The notes beneath the pieces were generated by a model, which had not been told where the DNA came from, did not search any database, and saw nothing but the letters and a program-made list of their open reading frames with translations. A DNA stretch of 51,104 nucleotides from a virus (Duplodnaviria > Caudoviricetes): positions 1 through 51,104 of IMG/VR virus record IMGVR_UViG_3300032314_000556. One strand, written 5' to 3'. The first letter of the stretch is position 1, and every line of letters starts with the position of its first letter. Shown here one piece after another: positions 9,980 to 19,392 of this stretch. The translations under genes and the position numbers were made by a program.

Positions 9980-11786
9980 ATGGAAAATAATAAACTGACA
10001 GTTTGGCAAAGATTATCTCAAGCATTTGGACCAAATTCACTTCTTGGTCAAGATTATCCTACCTACAAGTATGATAAAAAAGAATTACTTAGGACAACCT
10101 CCAAGCAAGAATTTGAAAGAGAAAAACTTCAGGCTCAGCAAAATTATTACCTTGCGAATCAGTGGTCAAAAATTGAACATAACTTATATACTCAAGCGGT
10201 ATATTATGAACCAACAAGATTATCTTCATTTTACGATTATGAATCTATGGAGTTTACCCCTGAGATTGGAGCAGCTTTAGATATATATGCTGAAGAATCA
10301 ACAACTGTCAATCAAGATGGTTACATTCTTCAGATTTATTCTGAATCAAGAAGAATTAAATCAATACTAGCCGACCTTTTTAATAATAATCTTGATATTA
10401 ACACCAATCTTCCAATGTGGACAAGAAACACTTGTAAGTACGGTGATAATTTTGTTTATTTAAAACTTGACCCTGAAAAAGGAGTCACAGGTTGTATGCA
10501 ATTACCAATAATTGAAATTGAAAGATTGGAATCGGGTATGGGAGCTAAGTCCTCTGACTCTGAAACAAACCCAACAAAAAAACATACTAAGTTTAAGTGG
10601 AAACAAAAAGATTTAGAATTTAATACTTGGGAAGTTGCTCACTTTAGATTACTTGGAGATGATAGAAGATTACCTTATGGTACTTCGATGCTTGAAAAGG
10701 CAAGAAGGATTTTGGAAGCAACTTCTTTTATCTGAAGATGCAATGTTAATTTATAGAACATCAAGAGCTCCAGAGAGAAGAATATTTAAAGTATTTGTCG
10801 GAAACATGGATGACGCCGATGTCGAGCCATATATCCAAAGATTTGCAAACAAATTTAAGAGGGACCAAGTCGTTGACCATAAAACAGGAAATGTGGATAT
10901 GAGATTTAATCAAATGGCCGTTGACCAAGATTACTTCGTCCCTGTTCGTGACCCAGCTCAGCAGTCTCCAATTGAAACATTAGCGGGTGCTCAAAACCTG
11001 TCAGAAATTGCCGACATTGAATATATTCAAAAGAAATTATTGACAGCTCTTCGTGTACCAAAGGCATTTCTTGGATTTGAAGAAACTGTAGGTGATGGTA
11101 AAAACTTATCTCTTCAAGATATTCGTTTTGCAAGAACTATTAATCGTATTCAAAAGGGCATGATTCAAGAATTAAATAAAATTGCAATTATTCACTTATT
11201 TATTCTTGGATTTGAGGAAGAACTTGGTAACTTTACGTTATCACTTACAAATTCATCTACTCAGGCCGACCTTTTAAGAATTGATGTATGGAAAGAAAAG
11301 ATTCTTTTATATAAAGATTTGGTTGCAGACCCTGGTTCAGGTATTGCCGCAGTATCACAATCTTGGGCTAAAAAACATATTCTTGGATTCAGTGATGAAG
11401 AAATTAAACTTGACTTGCAACAACAAAGAATAGAAAGAGCCGTTGGTGAAGAACTCAAGAAAACCGCTGAAGTAATTACACATACAGGTTTATTCGATAA
11501 TTTGGATAAGCTTTATGGTAAGAAAGAAGGTGAACCGGCAGGAGTACCAGCTGAGGGTGGTACAGAACCTGGAGGTTTACCCGCCCCTCCTGGAGAATCT
11601 CCACTACCTCCTGAATCTCCAGCACCTGAGGCAGGAGCCGGAGTAACACCTGAATCATTATCAAGAGATATGAACATTCTTTTGGAAAAAGACATGGTAG
11701 ATGGTGATGAAATAATTAATTTGGGTAAAGCGAGAGAATCTTTGGTCGAAATGGAAGATAAATTGAACTCCTTATTAAAAGATTGA
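9980..11786 (+). CDS. Portal protein (T4 gp20-like), split by a 1-nt frameshift at ~10710-10713
   Basis: gp20-like motifs include YESMEFTPEIGAALDIYAEE, LPYGTSMLEKARR, WKQLLLSEDAMLIYRTSRAPERRIFKVFVGNM and DIEYIQKKLLTALRVPK. Removing one T joins the two ORFs into ~601 aa. Confidence 0.92.
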
Positions 11787-11794
11787 TATTTATA
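11787..11794 (+). promoter_or_regulatory. Putative late promoter TATTTATA
   Basis: Directly after the portal stop and upstream of ATG 11810. Confidence 0.6.
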
Positions 11795-11809
11795 ATATAA
11801 AATAACAAA

Positions 11810-12511
11810 ATGAGATTCGGAGTAATTAAAACTTTAGTAGAAAATAAACTTATCAAATCATTTGTTGATAAGAAATTGGTCAAAGATATGAAATTATTTG
11901 AGTCCAAAATTTTAAAAGATAAATCTTTTGCTAGACTCTATTTTATATATGATACACTAAAAGAAAACAAATCTTTGGATAAAGAAACCGCAATCTACAT
12001 GATTGATGATTTGGTTAGTGAATCAAAAAACTTAAAAATTTCTGATAGAACAATGGAGGAAATTGTTAAGTGGACAAGAGGTTTAGTTAAAGAAAACAAT
12101 TATACAATAATTGATAATTTAATTTATGGTGATGAATTAAATCCTGAAAAAAAATCAATTGCTAAAAAACAAATTGTTGAATCTTTAATAAAAACTCCAA
12201 TAATTAAAGAATCCAAAAAAGTAGTTCCACTCAAGAGTATGGTTAAAATCGCTAACACAACTGTACAAAAAGCTCTTGAGGAACTTAACGAATCTGATAG
12301 AGAAAAAGTACTTTCAGTACTAAAATCAGAAAAAACTAAAGATTCATTTGATTCTTTAAAAGAGTCGACAATTTCAAAAATTGACTCCTTAATTTCAGAA
12401 TCACAAGATGAACTTAAACCAATTTTGAGTGAAACCAAAGAAAGAGTTGAAAAGTCAGAATATTCTAAAAAAGAATACATAAAACTCCTCCAACTCAATC
12501 AAGGACTATAA
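11810..12511 (+). CDS. Hypothetical head-module protein
   Basis: 233-aa helical, K/E-rich ORF between portal and protease. Confidence 0.75.
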   Translation: MRFGVIKTLVENKLIKSFVDKKLVKDMKLFESKILKDKSFARLYFIYDTLKENKSLDKETAIYMIDDLVSESKNLKISDRTMEEIVKWTRGLVKENNYTIIDNLIYGDELNPEKKSIAKKQIVESLIKTPIIKESKKVVPLKSMVKIANTTVQKALEELNESDREKVLSVLKSEKTKDSFDSLKESTISKIDSLISESQDELKPILSETKERVEKSEYSKKEYIKLLQLNQGL

Positions 12512-12691
12512 ATCAGATTTTTTTTTCTGAATATAGATTGCATTTTTTAAAGTCTCTCGCTTAGCGTCAGACTTTTTTTTGTATGTTTTTCTATCTTGTA
12601 ATTGGTTAATTAATTTAGTTTTGATAACCTTACCTTTAAACTTTTTTAAAGCGGATTCAATATTTTTTTTTTTGACTTCTATTATTAGCAT
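12506..12691 (-). CDS. rpsU: Phage-encoded 30S ribosomal protein bS21 (Bacteroidota-type)
   Basis: 61 aa from ATG 12691: MLIIEVKKKNIESALKKFKGKVIKTKLINQLQDRKTYKKKSDAKRETLKNAIYIQ. It fits the bS21 pattern (IExALKxFK, R..Y.K.S..KR), with the Bacteroidia-like MLII start and AxYIQ end. Confidence 0.88.
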   Translation of the reverse strand: MLIIEVKKKNIESALKKFKGKVIKTKLINQLQDRKTYKKKSDAKRETLKNAIYIQKKKSDL

Positions 12692-12696
12692 TTTTT

Positions 12697-12727
12697 TGAC
12701 TACGGTGTTATTTTTTATTAGATTTAA
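12697..12727 (+). promoter_or_regulatory. Putative host-RNAP promoter for ORF 12759
   Basis: TTGACT-N17-TAGATT, also readable as Bacteroidota-like TTG-N20-TAnnTTT(A). Confidence 0.35.
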
Positions 12728-12729
12728 TA

Positions 12730-12737
12730 TATAAATA
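12730..12737 (-). promoter_or_regulatory. Putative late promoter TATTTATA for bS21
   Basis: tataaata on + is TATTTATA on -, ~38 nt upstream of the bS21 ATG. Confidence 0.55.
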
Positions 12738-12758
12738 AAAGGAAAGAATGCAAAGTTA

Positions 12759-13214
12759 ATGAAGAAAGGAAAATCCTGTGTGCTGAAGGGGTACAAAAAT
12801 TTAAAATGTTCATATGGAACAGTAGATGCAAAAAATTTAAAATCAATTTATCTTAACATACAATCTTGGGTTGAGCCGAAAGAATACTATGAAGATTGGT
12901 CAAAACAAGTGTCATATTTTACAAAGGTAGTTAAAAATTTATTATCTGAAATTATTGATAAATTTATATTTGAATCAAAATATATTGTCGACATGGATTT
13001 ACGGACAAGTGGCATTGCGCTAAACAAACGCTCCTTTATGAATCTTGAAATTACTTTCTTTATTAAAGAAAAAGTTGACTTTAAATCAATAAGACTAAAA
13101 AATTCAATAAAGGACATAATAAAAATCATACAAAAAGAGGCATTCGAAAGTTCAAAATTATTTGATTTTTACTTAACAAAAAATGACGACAAAGTAAAAA
13201 TGAATATAGTTTAA
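12759..13214 (+). CDS. Hypothetical protein
   Basis: 151-aa ORF divergent from bS21. Confidence 0.75.
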   Translation: MKKGKSCVLKGYKNLKCSYGTVDAKNLKSIYLNIQSWVEPKEYYEDWSKQVSYFTKVVKNLLSEIIDKFIFESKYIVDMDLRTSGIALNKRSFMNLEITFFIKEKVDFKSIRLKNSIKDIIKIIQKEAFESSKLFDFYLTKNDDKVKMNIV

Positions 13215-13222
13215 TATTTATA
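13215..13222 (+). promoter_or_regulatory. Putative late promoter TATTTATA for prohead protease
   Basis: The motif lies in the 21-nt gap before ATG 13236. Confidence 0.65.
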
Positions 13223-13235
13223 AAGAAAATATTAA

Positions 13236-13955
13236 ATGCAAAACTTTAAAATACTTGGTCCAAATGAGATTGGTAAAGGAATTCTAATTGAATATGATGC
13301 GGGTTATGTATCCCCAAATGAATTTTCAAATGATAAAATTATCAAAGAAAATTTAAACGCTTCAGATTATTCTAAACCATTTGAATTCTATGCCGTACTC
13401 CAAAAGTATAATACTCCAAATAGAAACGGTAGAATTTATCCTGAAGAAATATTAAAAAGAGAATCTGAAAACTATATTAAAAATTATATTAAAAGAGGTA
13501 CTTCTCTTTCTGAATTAAATCACCCTGAGTCTTCTCTTATTGACCTTGACAGAGTTTCTCACATTATTACAGATATGTGGTGGGACAAGAATGTTTTACT
13601 TGGTAAATTAAAATTATTAACTTCACCAGGTTTTCACGAAAGAGGAATAGTATCAACTAAGGGAGACCAAGCGGCAAATCTTTTAAGACAAGGTGTAACA
13701 CTTGGAATTTCATCTCGCGGAGTTGGGTCACTCAAAAAGGTAGGGGAACAAAACGAAGTCCAAAAAGATTTTGAATTAATTTGTTTTGACCTTGTATCAT
13801 CCCCATCAACACCTGGAGCTTATCTTTTCAAAGATGAAAAGGATAGATATAAGTACGAGGAGAATATCCAAGAAGAAAAAGAACTAAAAGCTCAAAGAGA
13901 TGCGTCTCAGTCTATTGATTTAATGAAAAAACTTTCCGATTATTTATCAAAATAA
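13236..13955 (+). CDS. Prohead core protease (T4 gp21-like)
   Basis: NRNGRIYP, ELNHP, VSH, GISSRGVGSL and FDLVSSPSTPGA motifs. Confidence 0.93.
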   Translation: MQNFKILGPNEIGKGILIEYDAGYVSPNEFSNDKIIKENLNASDYSKPFEFYAVLQKYNTPNRNGRIYPEEILKRESENYIKNYIKRGTSLSELNHPESSLIDLDRVSHIITDMWWDKNVLLGKLKLLTSPGFHERGIVSTKGDQAANLLRQGVTLGISSRGVGSLKKVGEQNEVQKDFELICFDLVSSPSTPGAYLFKDEKDRYKYEENIQEEKELKAQRDASQSIDLMKKLSDYLSK

Positions 13956-13960
13956 ATAAT

Positions 13961-14170
13961 ATGGACGAAAAATATTTTGTAGCAAAAATTACAACAGACA
14001 TGCCTGACTCAGAGACAGGTAAGATTAAAAAACTAAGACAAGAAAAATTAGTTAAAGGTTTTAGCCCAACTGATGTGGAGGCTAAAGTAACTAAGGTTTT
14101 TGAAAGTTACTCTGAAGATTGGAGAATCACGGCAATTGTCGAAAGCAAAATCGATGAAGTAATCGAATAA
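13961..14170 (+). CDS. Small hypothetical protein
   Basis: 69-aa ORF between the protease and a terminator. Confidence 0.7.
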   Translation: MDEKYFVAKITTDMPDSETGKIKKLRQEKLVKGFSPTDVEAKVTKVFESYSEDWRITAIVESKIDEVIE

Positions 14171-14193
14171 TTAATTAAAAAATTGATTTAAAG

Positions 14194-14218
14194 AAAAGGG
14201 ACATTTGTCCCTTTTTTT
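14194..14218 (+). terminator. Rho-independent terminator
   Basis: Stem aaaagggac / gtccctttt plus T tract. Confidence 0.8.
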
Positions 14219-14260
14219 ATTGCCAATCATAAAAAAAAAGTGTTTTTTAATAAAATGATA

Positions 14261-14267
14261 TATTTAT
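14261..14267 (+). promoter_or_regulatory. Putative late promoter TATTTAT for the scaffold-capsid operon
   Basis: 15 nt upstream of ATG 14283, after the terminator. Confidence 0.65.
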
Positions 14268-14282
14268 TAAAAAAAAGTATAA

Positions 14283-15791
14283 ATGGCTGAAAAAAACCTA
14301 GTCGATGAAACACTAATCCAAATACAGAATTTGGAAGATGTGATTAATGAAAACGCAAAAGAAATACTTGCTTCTACAATGAAGGAAGAAATTAGCGAAC
14401 TTGTAAAAGAGTCTATGAAGACTGACGAAGAATCTGAAGAATCTGAATTAGAGGAAGCGGAGGATGAACTTGAAATGATTGACACTGAAGACGAATCAGA
14501 GGAAGAAGAATCTGAAGATGAATTCGAAATGGAGGATTCTGAGGATGATGATGAATCTGAAGAAATGGATATGTCAATGGATTTTGATACAGAAGATGAC
14601 ATGATGGATGTTAAAGATTTAACCGATGTAACTGACGACAGTGAAATCTACAAAGTGTTTAAAGACATGAGTGATGAAGATGAACTTGTTGTTGTTCCAG
14701 ATGGTGATTATCTCCATGTTTCTCATAAACCATCAGGTGACGAATATTTGGTACAAACTGAAAGTGAAGAGGACGAGTATGAACTCGAAGAATCTGAAGA
14801 TGAAGATACTGAATATGAATATGAACTTGAGGAAGATAATTATATGTCAGAAGAGCCTGAGTATGAACTCGAAGAAGGTATGACTTCTGATATGGAAGAA
14901 TCTGAAGGTGGATTTAACATCTCTGATGAAATGGGAGAAACTATCTATGAATTAGAATTGGAAGAAGAATCTGACGACGAATTTGAATTCGAACTCGAAG
15001 AAGAATCTGAAGAAGATAATGAAGGTTATGGAATCTCAGAAGCTAAGTCATCTAAAAAAATGAAAATGGAAACCAAAAAGAGTATGAAGCCTAAAGTAGG
15101 TAAAGGAGCTCAAACAGGTAAAGCGTCTAAGTTCTCTTATAAGAAGTCGAAAGGCGGATTTAAAGAAGATATGAGACACGCTAGTCCAACTAAAGGTACA
15201 GGTAAACCTAAATTTGAATTCAAAGAAGGTGAAATGGACCTTTCAAAATCGACTAAAAAAGAGGCTGCAGCATTTGGTGGAAAGAAATCTGAAACTAAAG
15301 AGGCGGCTCGTACTTACGGAATGGGTTGGAGAAAAGGAGCATTACCAAAAGGAGCTAGAACTGGTTCAAAAATCGCAAGACAAGATGAATCTGTTATGGA
15401 AGAAGTGGAAATGCTTAGAGCTAAAAATGAAGAGTATAGAAAGGCACTTAATTTATTCAGAGAAAAATTAAATGAAGTGGCAATCTTCAATTCAAATTTG
15501 GCATACGCAACTCGCTTGTTTACTGAACATTCAACTTCTAAGCATGAAAAAATTAACATTCTTAGAAGATTTGATTCGGCAGAAACTCTCAAGGAATCAA
15601 AAGCATTATATAAGACAATTAAAGATGAACTTTCACAAGGTACAAAGTCAACTCCTATCAGTGAATCTATTGAAAGAGTAATTGACAGAGAACCACAATC
15701 AGGTTCCGCAGTTAACTTGATTGAATCTAAGACATATGAGAATCCTCAGTTCCTTAGAATGAAAGACATCATGAGCAAAATTGCAAAATAA
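14283..15791 (+). CDS. Prohead scaffolding/core protein (gp22-like)
   Basis: Very acidic N-half with many LEE/ISE/LKE sites, a basic segment and a coiled-coil C-terminus; lies immediately upstream of the MCP. Confidence 0.8.
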   Translation: MAEKNLVDETLIQIQNLEDVINENAKEILASTMKEEISELVKESMKTDEESEESELEEAEDELEMIDTEDESEEEESEDEFEMEDSEDDDESEEMDMSMDFDTEDDMMDVKDLTDVTDDSEIYKVFKDMSDEDELVVVPDGDYLHVSHKPSGDEYLVQTESEEDEYELEESEDEDTEYEYELEEDNYMSEEPEYELEEGMTSDMEESEGGFNISDEMGETIYELELEEESDDEFEFELEEESEEDNEGYGISEAKSSKKMKMETKKSMKPKVGKGAQTGKASKFSYKKSKGGFKEDMRHASPTKGTGKPKFEFKEGEMDLSKSTKKEAAAFGGKKSETKEAARTYGMGWRKGALPKGARTGSKIARQDESVMEEVEMLRAKNEEYRKALNLFREKLNEVAIFNSNLAYATRLFTEHSTSKHEKINILRRFDSAETLKESKALYKTIKDELSQGTKSTPISESIERVIDREPQSGSAVNLIESKTYENPQFLRMKDIMSKIAK

Positions 15792-15819
15792 TAAATAAAA
15801 ATAAAAACCAAAATAAAAA

Positions 15820-17682
15820 ATGGGAGCATTATTAGAATCAGGTCTCGTTGGTAACATAGGTCTTAAGCACCTTAAAGTTATCAAGGAAGATACTATCAAC
15901 AAATGGGATAAATTAGGGTTCCTTGAAGGCCTTCGTGGTCACCTAAAAGAGAACGTAGCTCAGTTATATGAAAACCAAGCTTCATTCTTAATTAACGAAG
16001 CATCGTCTACTACAGATTCAGGTTCATTTGAAACTGTTGTATTCCCAATCATTCGTCGTGTATTCTCTAAGCTTTTAGCTAATGAAATCGTATCAGTACA
16101 AGCTATGAACCTTCCTATCGGTAAGTTGTTCTACTTTGTACCTCAAATTCAGGGTTATTCTGCTGCAACTCCAACATTAGGTGGTTCAGGACAAGCTGGC
16201 CACAGAGCACCTGTAGGTTCACCTGGTAACTACCCTGGTAATCCTGATGCTGGATATAGTCCAGATTCAACAGCATTTACTAAGAATCTTTATGATGCAT
16301 TTTATGAAGGTACTGAGCCAGGTTTAAATCCTCCAGGTCTTTTTGATTACTCAAAAGGTTCTTGGTTTTGGGTTACAGGTTCGACTTCACAAGTTGTTTG
16401 GAGCTCAGGTGCATTGACACTATCAGGTTATGGTGGTGGTGAATACCGTAAAGTTCTTTTAATCATGACAGGTTTCACAAATGCGGGTGAAGGTAAATTA
16501 ATTGGTCCTGAAGGTCAAGAAATGGATACTGAAACATTCTTGTCTGATTTGACTCTATTACCAACATCTAATTTGGCAAGTGCTATTGTAAGTGCTGGTG
16601 GTAGTAGCACTACTGCAACTCCACTTTTGTATCGTGTTGTAACTCAACAATATGGTAAAGGTATTGTTCAGTACGGTGCTCAAACACAAACTGTATGGCC
16701 AGGTGGTACAACATCTACTGGTGGTAATGGTGGTTTCTATAATAACGTTTGTAGTCAAGATGGTTTAATTTATCTTGAAATTGACTTACAAGTACCAGCT
16801 TGTATTTCTTGTGGTCAATCAACTCCTGATGGTTATACTGGAACAACATTTGCGGCTGGAACATTTACAGCAAATACAGCAAACCAAATGGTAATTCCTT
16901 ATTGGAAGCGTTACCAAGAACTTGAATTCGAAGACAAGATTGGTGAAGTATCTTTCAACCTTGAGTCAGTAACAGTTTCTGTTACAGAAAGAAAGTTGAG
17001 AGCACAATGGTCACCAGAACTTGCTCAAGACGTTGCAGCATTCCACAACATCGACGCTGAAGCTGAATTGACAGCTTTATTGTCAGAACAAGTGGCAGCT
17101 GAAATCGACCGTGAAATCCTCCGTGACCTTCGTAAAGGTGCGGCTTGGACACTTCGTTGGGATTACAACGGTTGGAAGCGTCTGAACAACCAATCTACTC
17201 CTTACACTCAGAAGGACTGGAATCAAACTCTTATCACTGCAATCAACCAAATCTCAGCTCAGATTCACAAATCTACATTGAGAGGTGGAGCAAACTGGAT
17301 TGTTGTATCATCTGAAGTTTCTGCAATTTTCGATGACCTTCAATATTTCCACGTTTCTAACGCAGCTCCTGAGCAAGACCAGTACAACATGGGTATTGAA
17401 AGAGTAGGTACATTGGCAGGTCGTTACCAAGTTTATCGTGACCCTTACTTCCCAGCAAACACAGTATTGTTGGGTCACAAAGGTACGTCACTTCTTGACA
17501 CTGGTTACATCTACGCACCATACGTACCACTTCAATTAACTCCAACTATGTACAACCCATTCAACTTTACACCTATCAAGGGTATTATGACAAGATACGC
17601 GAAGAAAATGGTGAATAACAGGTTCTTTGGCCGTATTATTGTTGACGGTGTACGCACATTTGATTTGAATGAATTGAGATAA
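15820..17682 (+). CDS. Major capsid protein (T4 gp23-like)
   Basis: SVQAMNLPIGKLFY, RKLRAQWSPELAQDVAAFHNIDAEAELTALLSEQVAAEIDREIL, GYIYAPYVPL and KGIMTRYA motifs. Confidence 0.96.
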   Translation: MGALLESGLVGNIGLKHLKVIKEDTINKWDKLGFLEGLRGHLKENVAQLYENQASFLINEASSTTDSGSFETVVFPIIRRVFSKLLANEIVSVQAMNLPIGKLFYFVPQIQGYSAATPTLGGSGQAGHRAPVGSPGNYPGNPDAGYSPDSTAFTKNLYDAFYEGTEPGLNPPGLFDYSKGSWFWVTGSTSQVVWSSGALTLSGYGGGEYRKVLLIMTGFTNAGEGKLIGPEGQEMDTETFLSDLTLLPTSNLASAIVSAGGSSTTATPLLYRVVTQQYGKGIVQYGAQTQTVWPGGTTSTGGNGGFYNNVCSQDGLIYLEIDLQVPACISCGQSTPDGYTGTTFAAGTFTANTANQMVIPYWKRYQELEFEDKIGEVSFNLESVTVSVTERKLRAQWSPELAQDVAAFHNIDAEAELTALLSEQVAAEIDREILRDLRKGAAWTLRWDYNGWKRLNNQSTPYTQKDWNQTLITAINQISAQIHKSTLRGGANWIVVSSEVSAIFDDLQYFHVSNAAPEQDQYNMGIERVGTLAGRYQVYRDPYFPANTVLLGHKGTSLLDTGYIYAPYVPLQLTPTMYNPFNFTPIKGIMTRYAKKMVNNRFFGRIIVDGVRTFDLNELR

Positions 17683-17701
17683 TCAATTTAATGAATAAAT
17701 T

Positions 17702-17729
17702 AAAAGGTCAGAGAAATCTGACCTTTTTT
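17702..17729 (+). terminator. Rho-independent terminator after MCP
   Basis: aaaaggtcaga-GAAA-tctgacctttt followed by a T tract. Confidence 0.88.
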
Positions 17730-17765
17730 ATTTTTTATTAAAAAACTATTTATTTTTTGGATGAA

Positions 17766-17786
17766 TCATATATTTATATAATATGA
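17766..17786 (+). promoter_or_regulatory. TATTTATA promoter inside a short hairpin covering the endonuclease ATG
   Basis: tcatat-atttatata-atATGa; the 18-mer catatatttatataatat is identical to the element at 21169-21186 (- strand). Confidence 0.55.
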
Positions 17787-18487
17787 AAAAATATGAACCA
17801 ACCCAAGATGAAATAAATTTGATTGTTGAGATGTACACCAAAAAATCATTAGGTTCCTCAACAATCTCGGAGAAAACAGGTTTGAACAAACAAATAATAT
17901 TGAGGATATTGAAGGAAAATAATGTAGAAATGCGTAAATCTGGTAGAATTTTTATTGGGGGAAGACAAGTTGCGATGGAAAAATATGAGTCTAAACCTGA
18001 AACAAAAGAAAGAAAAAGAAAAAATTATGATAAATGGTATTCAGAAAATAAGGAGTATCGTAAAGAATATTTTAAAAAATGGAGAACTGATAATGTTGAT
18101 AAATGGAGAGAATGTAAACGAAACTATGAAAAAAACCGTAAAGCGACAGACCCAATCTATAAACTTATTAATAATTTTAGAACCGCAATCTATCAAGTAT
18201 TGAAAGAAAATAATGTTCAGAAAAACGGTCACTATTTTGAAGTTCTTCAGTATACTCCTGATGAGTTAATTAGTCATTTAGAAAATCAGTTCAAAGATGG
18301 AATGACTTGGGATAATTATGGTAATTGGCACGTAGACCACATACTTCCAATATCTATACATAATATTCAAGAAATCGGAGATGATGAGTTTATGAAATGT
18401 TGGTCCTTAGGTAATCTCCAACCTATGTGGGGTGAGGATAATATTAAAAAGTCAAACAAGGTTTTAAATCTCTCCAATAACTCTTAA
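17783..18487 (+). CDS. Free-standing HNH-type (putative homing) endonuclease with N-terminal HTH-like region
   Basis: GMTWDNYGNWHVDHILP...CWSLGNLQPMWGEDNIKKSNK beta-beta-alpha-Me motif and a basic helical linker. Confidence 0.82.
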   Translation: MKKYEPTQDEINLIVEMYTKKSLGSSTISEKTGLNKQIILRILKENNVEMRKSGRIFIGGRQVAMEKYESKPETKERKRKNYDKWYSENKEYRKEYFKKWRTDNVDKWRECKRNYEKNRKATDPIYKLINNFRTAIYQVLKENNVQKNGHYFEVLQYTPDELISHLENQFKDGMTWDNYGNWHVDHILPISIHNIQEIGDDEFMKCWSLGNLQPMWGEDNIKKSNKVLNLSNNS

Positions 18488-18712
18488 TGCCCTTGAAAGT
18501 GCTTCCGATTCATCTAATTTATATGAACCTCTATTATATGCGGATTTACATGCCTCAACTAAACAGTATATTGCTTGCTCTCTAGTCAAATTATTTAAGA
18601 ATGAATCTAATTGTTCATTTGAATTATAATTAATTGAGTCAAACAAAACTCCTTTGCTATCCATTTCATTTAATTTTTTTAAAAGTTCTTGCTCTAAATT
18701 TTCATGTTCCAT
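18464..18712 (-). CDS. Hypothetical protein
   Basis: 82-aa ORF with plausible composition, convergent on the endonuclease. Confidence 0.65.
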   Translation of the reverse strand: MEHENLEQELLKKLNEMDSKGVLFDSINYNSNEQLDSFLNNLTREQAIYCLVEACKSAYNRGSYKLDESEALSRALRVIGEI

Positions 18713-18721
18713 TTTTTTAGA

Positions 18722-18728
18722 TATTTAT
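18722..18728 (+). promoter_or_regulatory. Putative late promoter TATTTAT within an 18-bp palindrome
   Basis: tttagata-tt-tatctaaa at 18716-18733, between divergent genes. Confidence 0.5.
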
Positions 18729-18750
18729 CTAAATATAGTCAAGAAAAATT

Positions 18751-19392
18751 ATGAAGGGTAGTTTAATAAAAGAGGTAATAAAAAACATTTTTAACAACTC
18801 AATAAATGAAGCGAGTACTACAATAACTTCAGGACGATATAATGGACCTATAGAAATTGGTATGAAAAAATGGAGTAAATCAGAACTTGGCCCATTTGAC
18901 CAATTTGTCAACACTGAGGCAAATAGAAAAAAAATTAAAAGTAAATTAAAGAATAATATAGAAAAGGTTGTTGGTATGTGGGAAAAAGGTGAGGACGGAA
19001 CATACAATATTGAAACTGAGGATACTCACACTGTTAATGAAGACCTTGCAGTTTGGTTCGGTACAAAAAAGAAACCAAAAGGTAGTAAACAACCTAAGGG
19101 TCCTTGGGTTAATATATGTCGTAAAAAAGAAGGTGGGGGACATCCTCCTTGTGGTAGACCCGAAGCCGATTCAAAGGGATATCCAAAATGTAGAGCCGCT
19201 GGAGTTGCCTCTAAAATGACCGACGCTCAAAAAAAATCAGCATGCTCTCAAAAAAGAAGAGCTGAAAAGACAAAACCAAAAACTGGTACTGGTAATAAAC
19301 CTACTATGGTATCCTACAAACCTAAGAAGAAAAAAAGTCAAAACGAATCAGTAATCAAACAGTTAATTTTAAAGTCACTTCGCTCAAAATGA
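18751..19392 (+). CDS. Basic, Cys-containing hypothetical protein (putative head-internal/DNA-binding)
   Basis: EDLAVWF...GPWVNIC...PPCGR...GYPKC motif and a K-rich C-terminus. Confidence 0.75.
   Translation: MKGSLIKEVIKNIFNNSINEASTTITSGRYNGPIEIGMKKWSKSELGPFDQFVNTEANRKKIKSKLKNNIEKVVGMWEKGEDGTYNIETEDTHTVNEDLAVWFGTKKKPKGSKQPKGPWVNICRKKEGGGHPPCGRPEADSKGYPKCRAAGVASKMTDAQKKSACSQKRRAEKTKPKTGTGNKPTMVSYKPKKKKSQNESVIKQLILKSLRSK

Noticed and set aside
10635-10712. Independent start for a second portal gene
   Set aside because: The TTG-started N-terminus is out-of-frame filler; portal similarity begins only at WKQLL after the frameshift.
12692-12796. N-terminal 35 aa of the 96-aa ORF 12506..12796
   Set aside because: It overlaps the divergent gene and promoter region; bS21 similarity starts at ATG 12691.
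15790-15819. T4-orientation ATAAATA upstream of MCP as a late promoter
   Set aside because: It lies in a poly-A-rich leader overlapping the scaffold stop and lacks the full TATAAATA. MCP is more simply co-transcribed from 14261.
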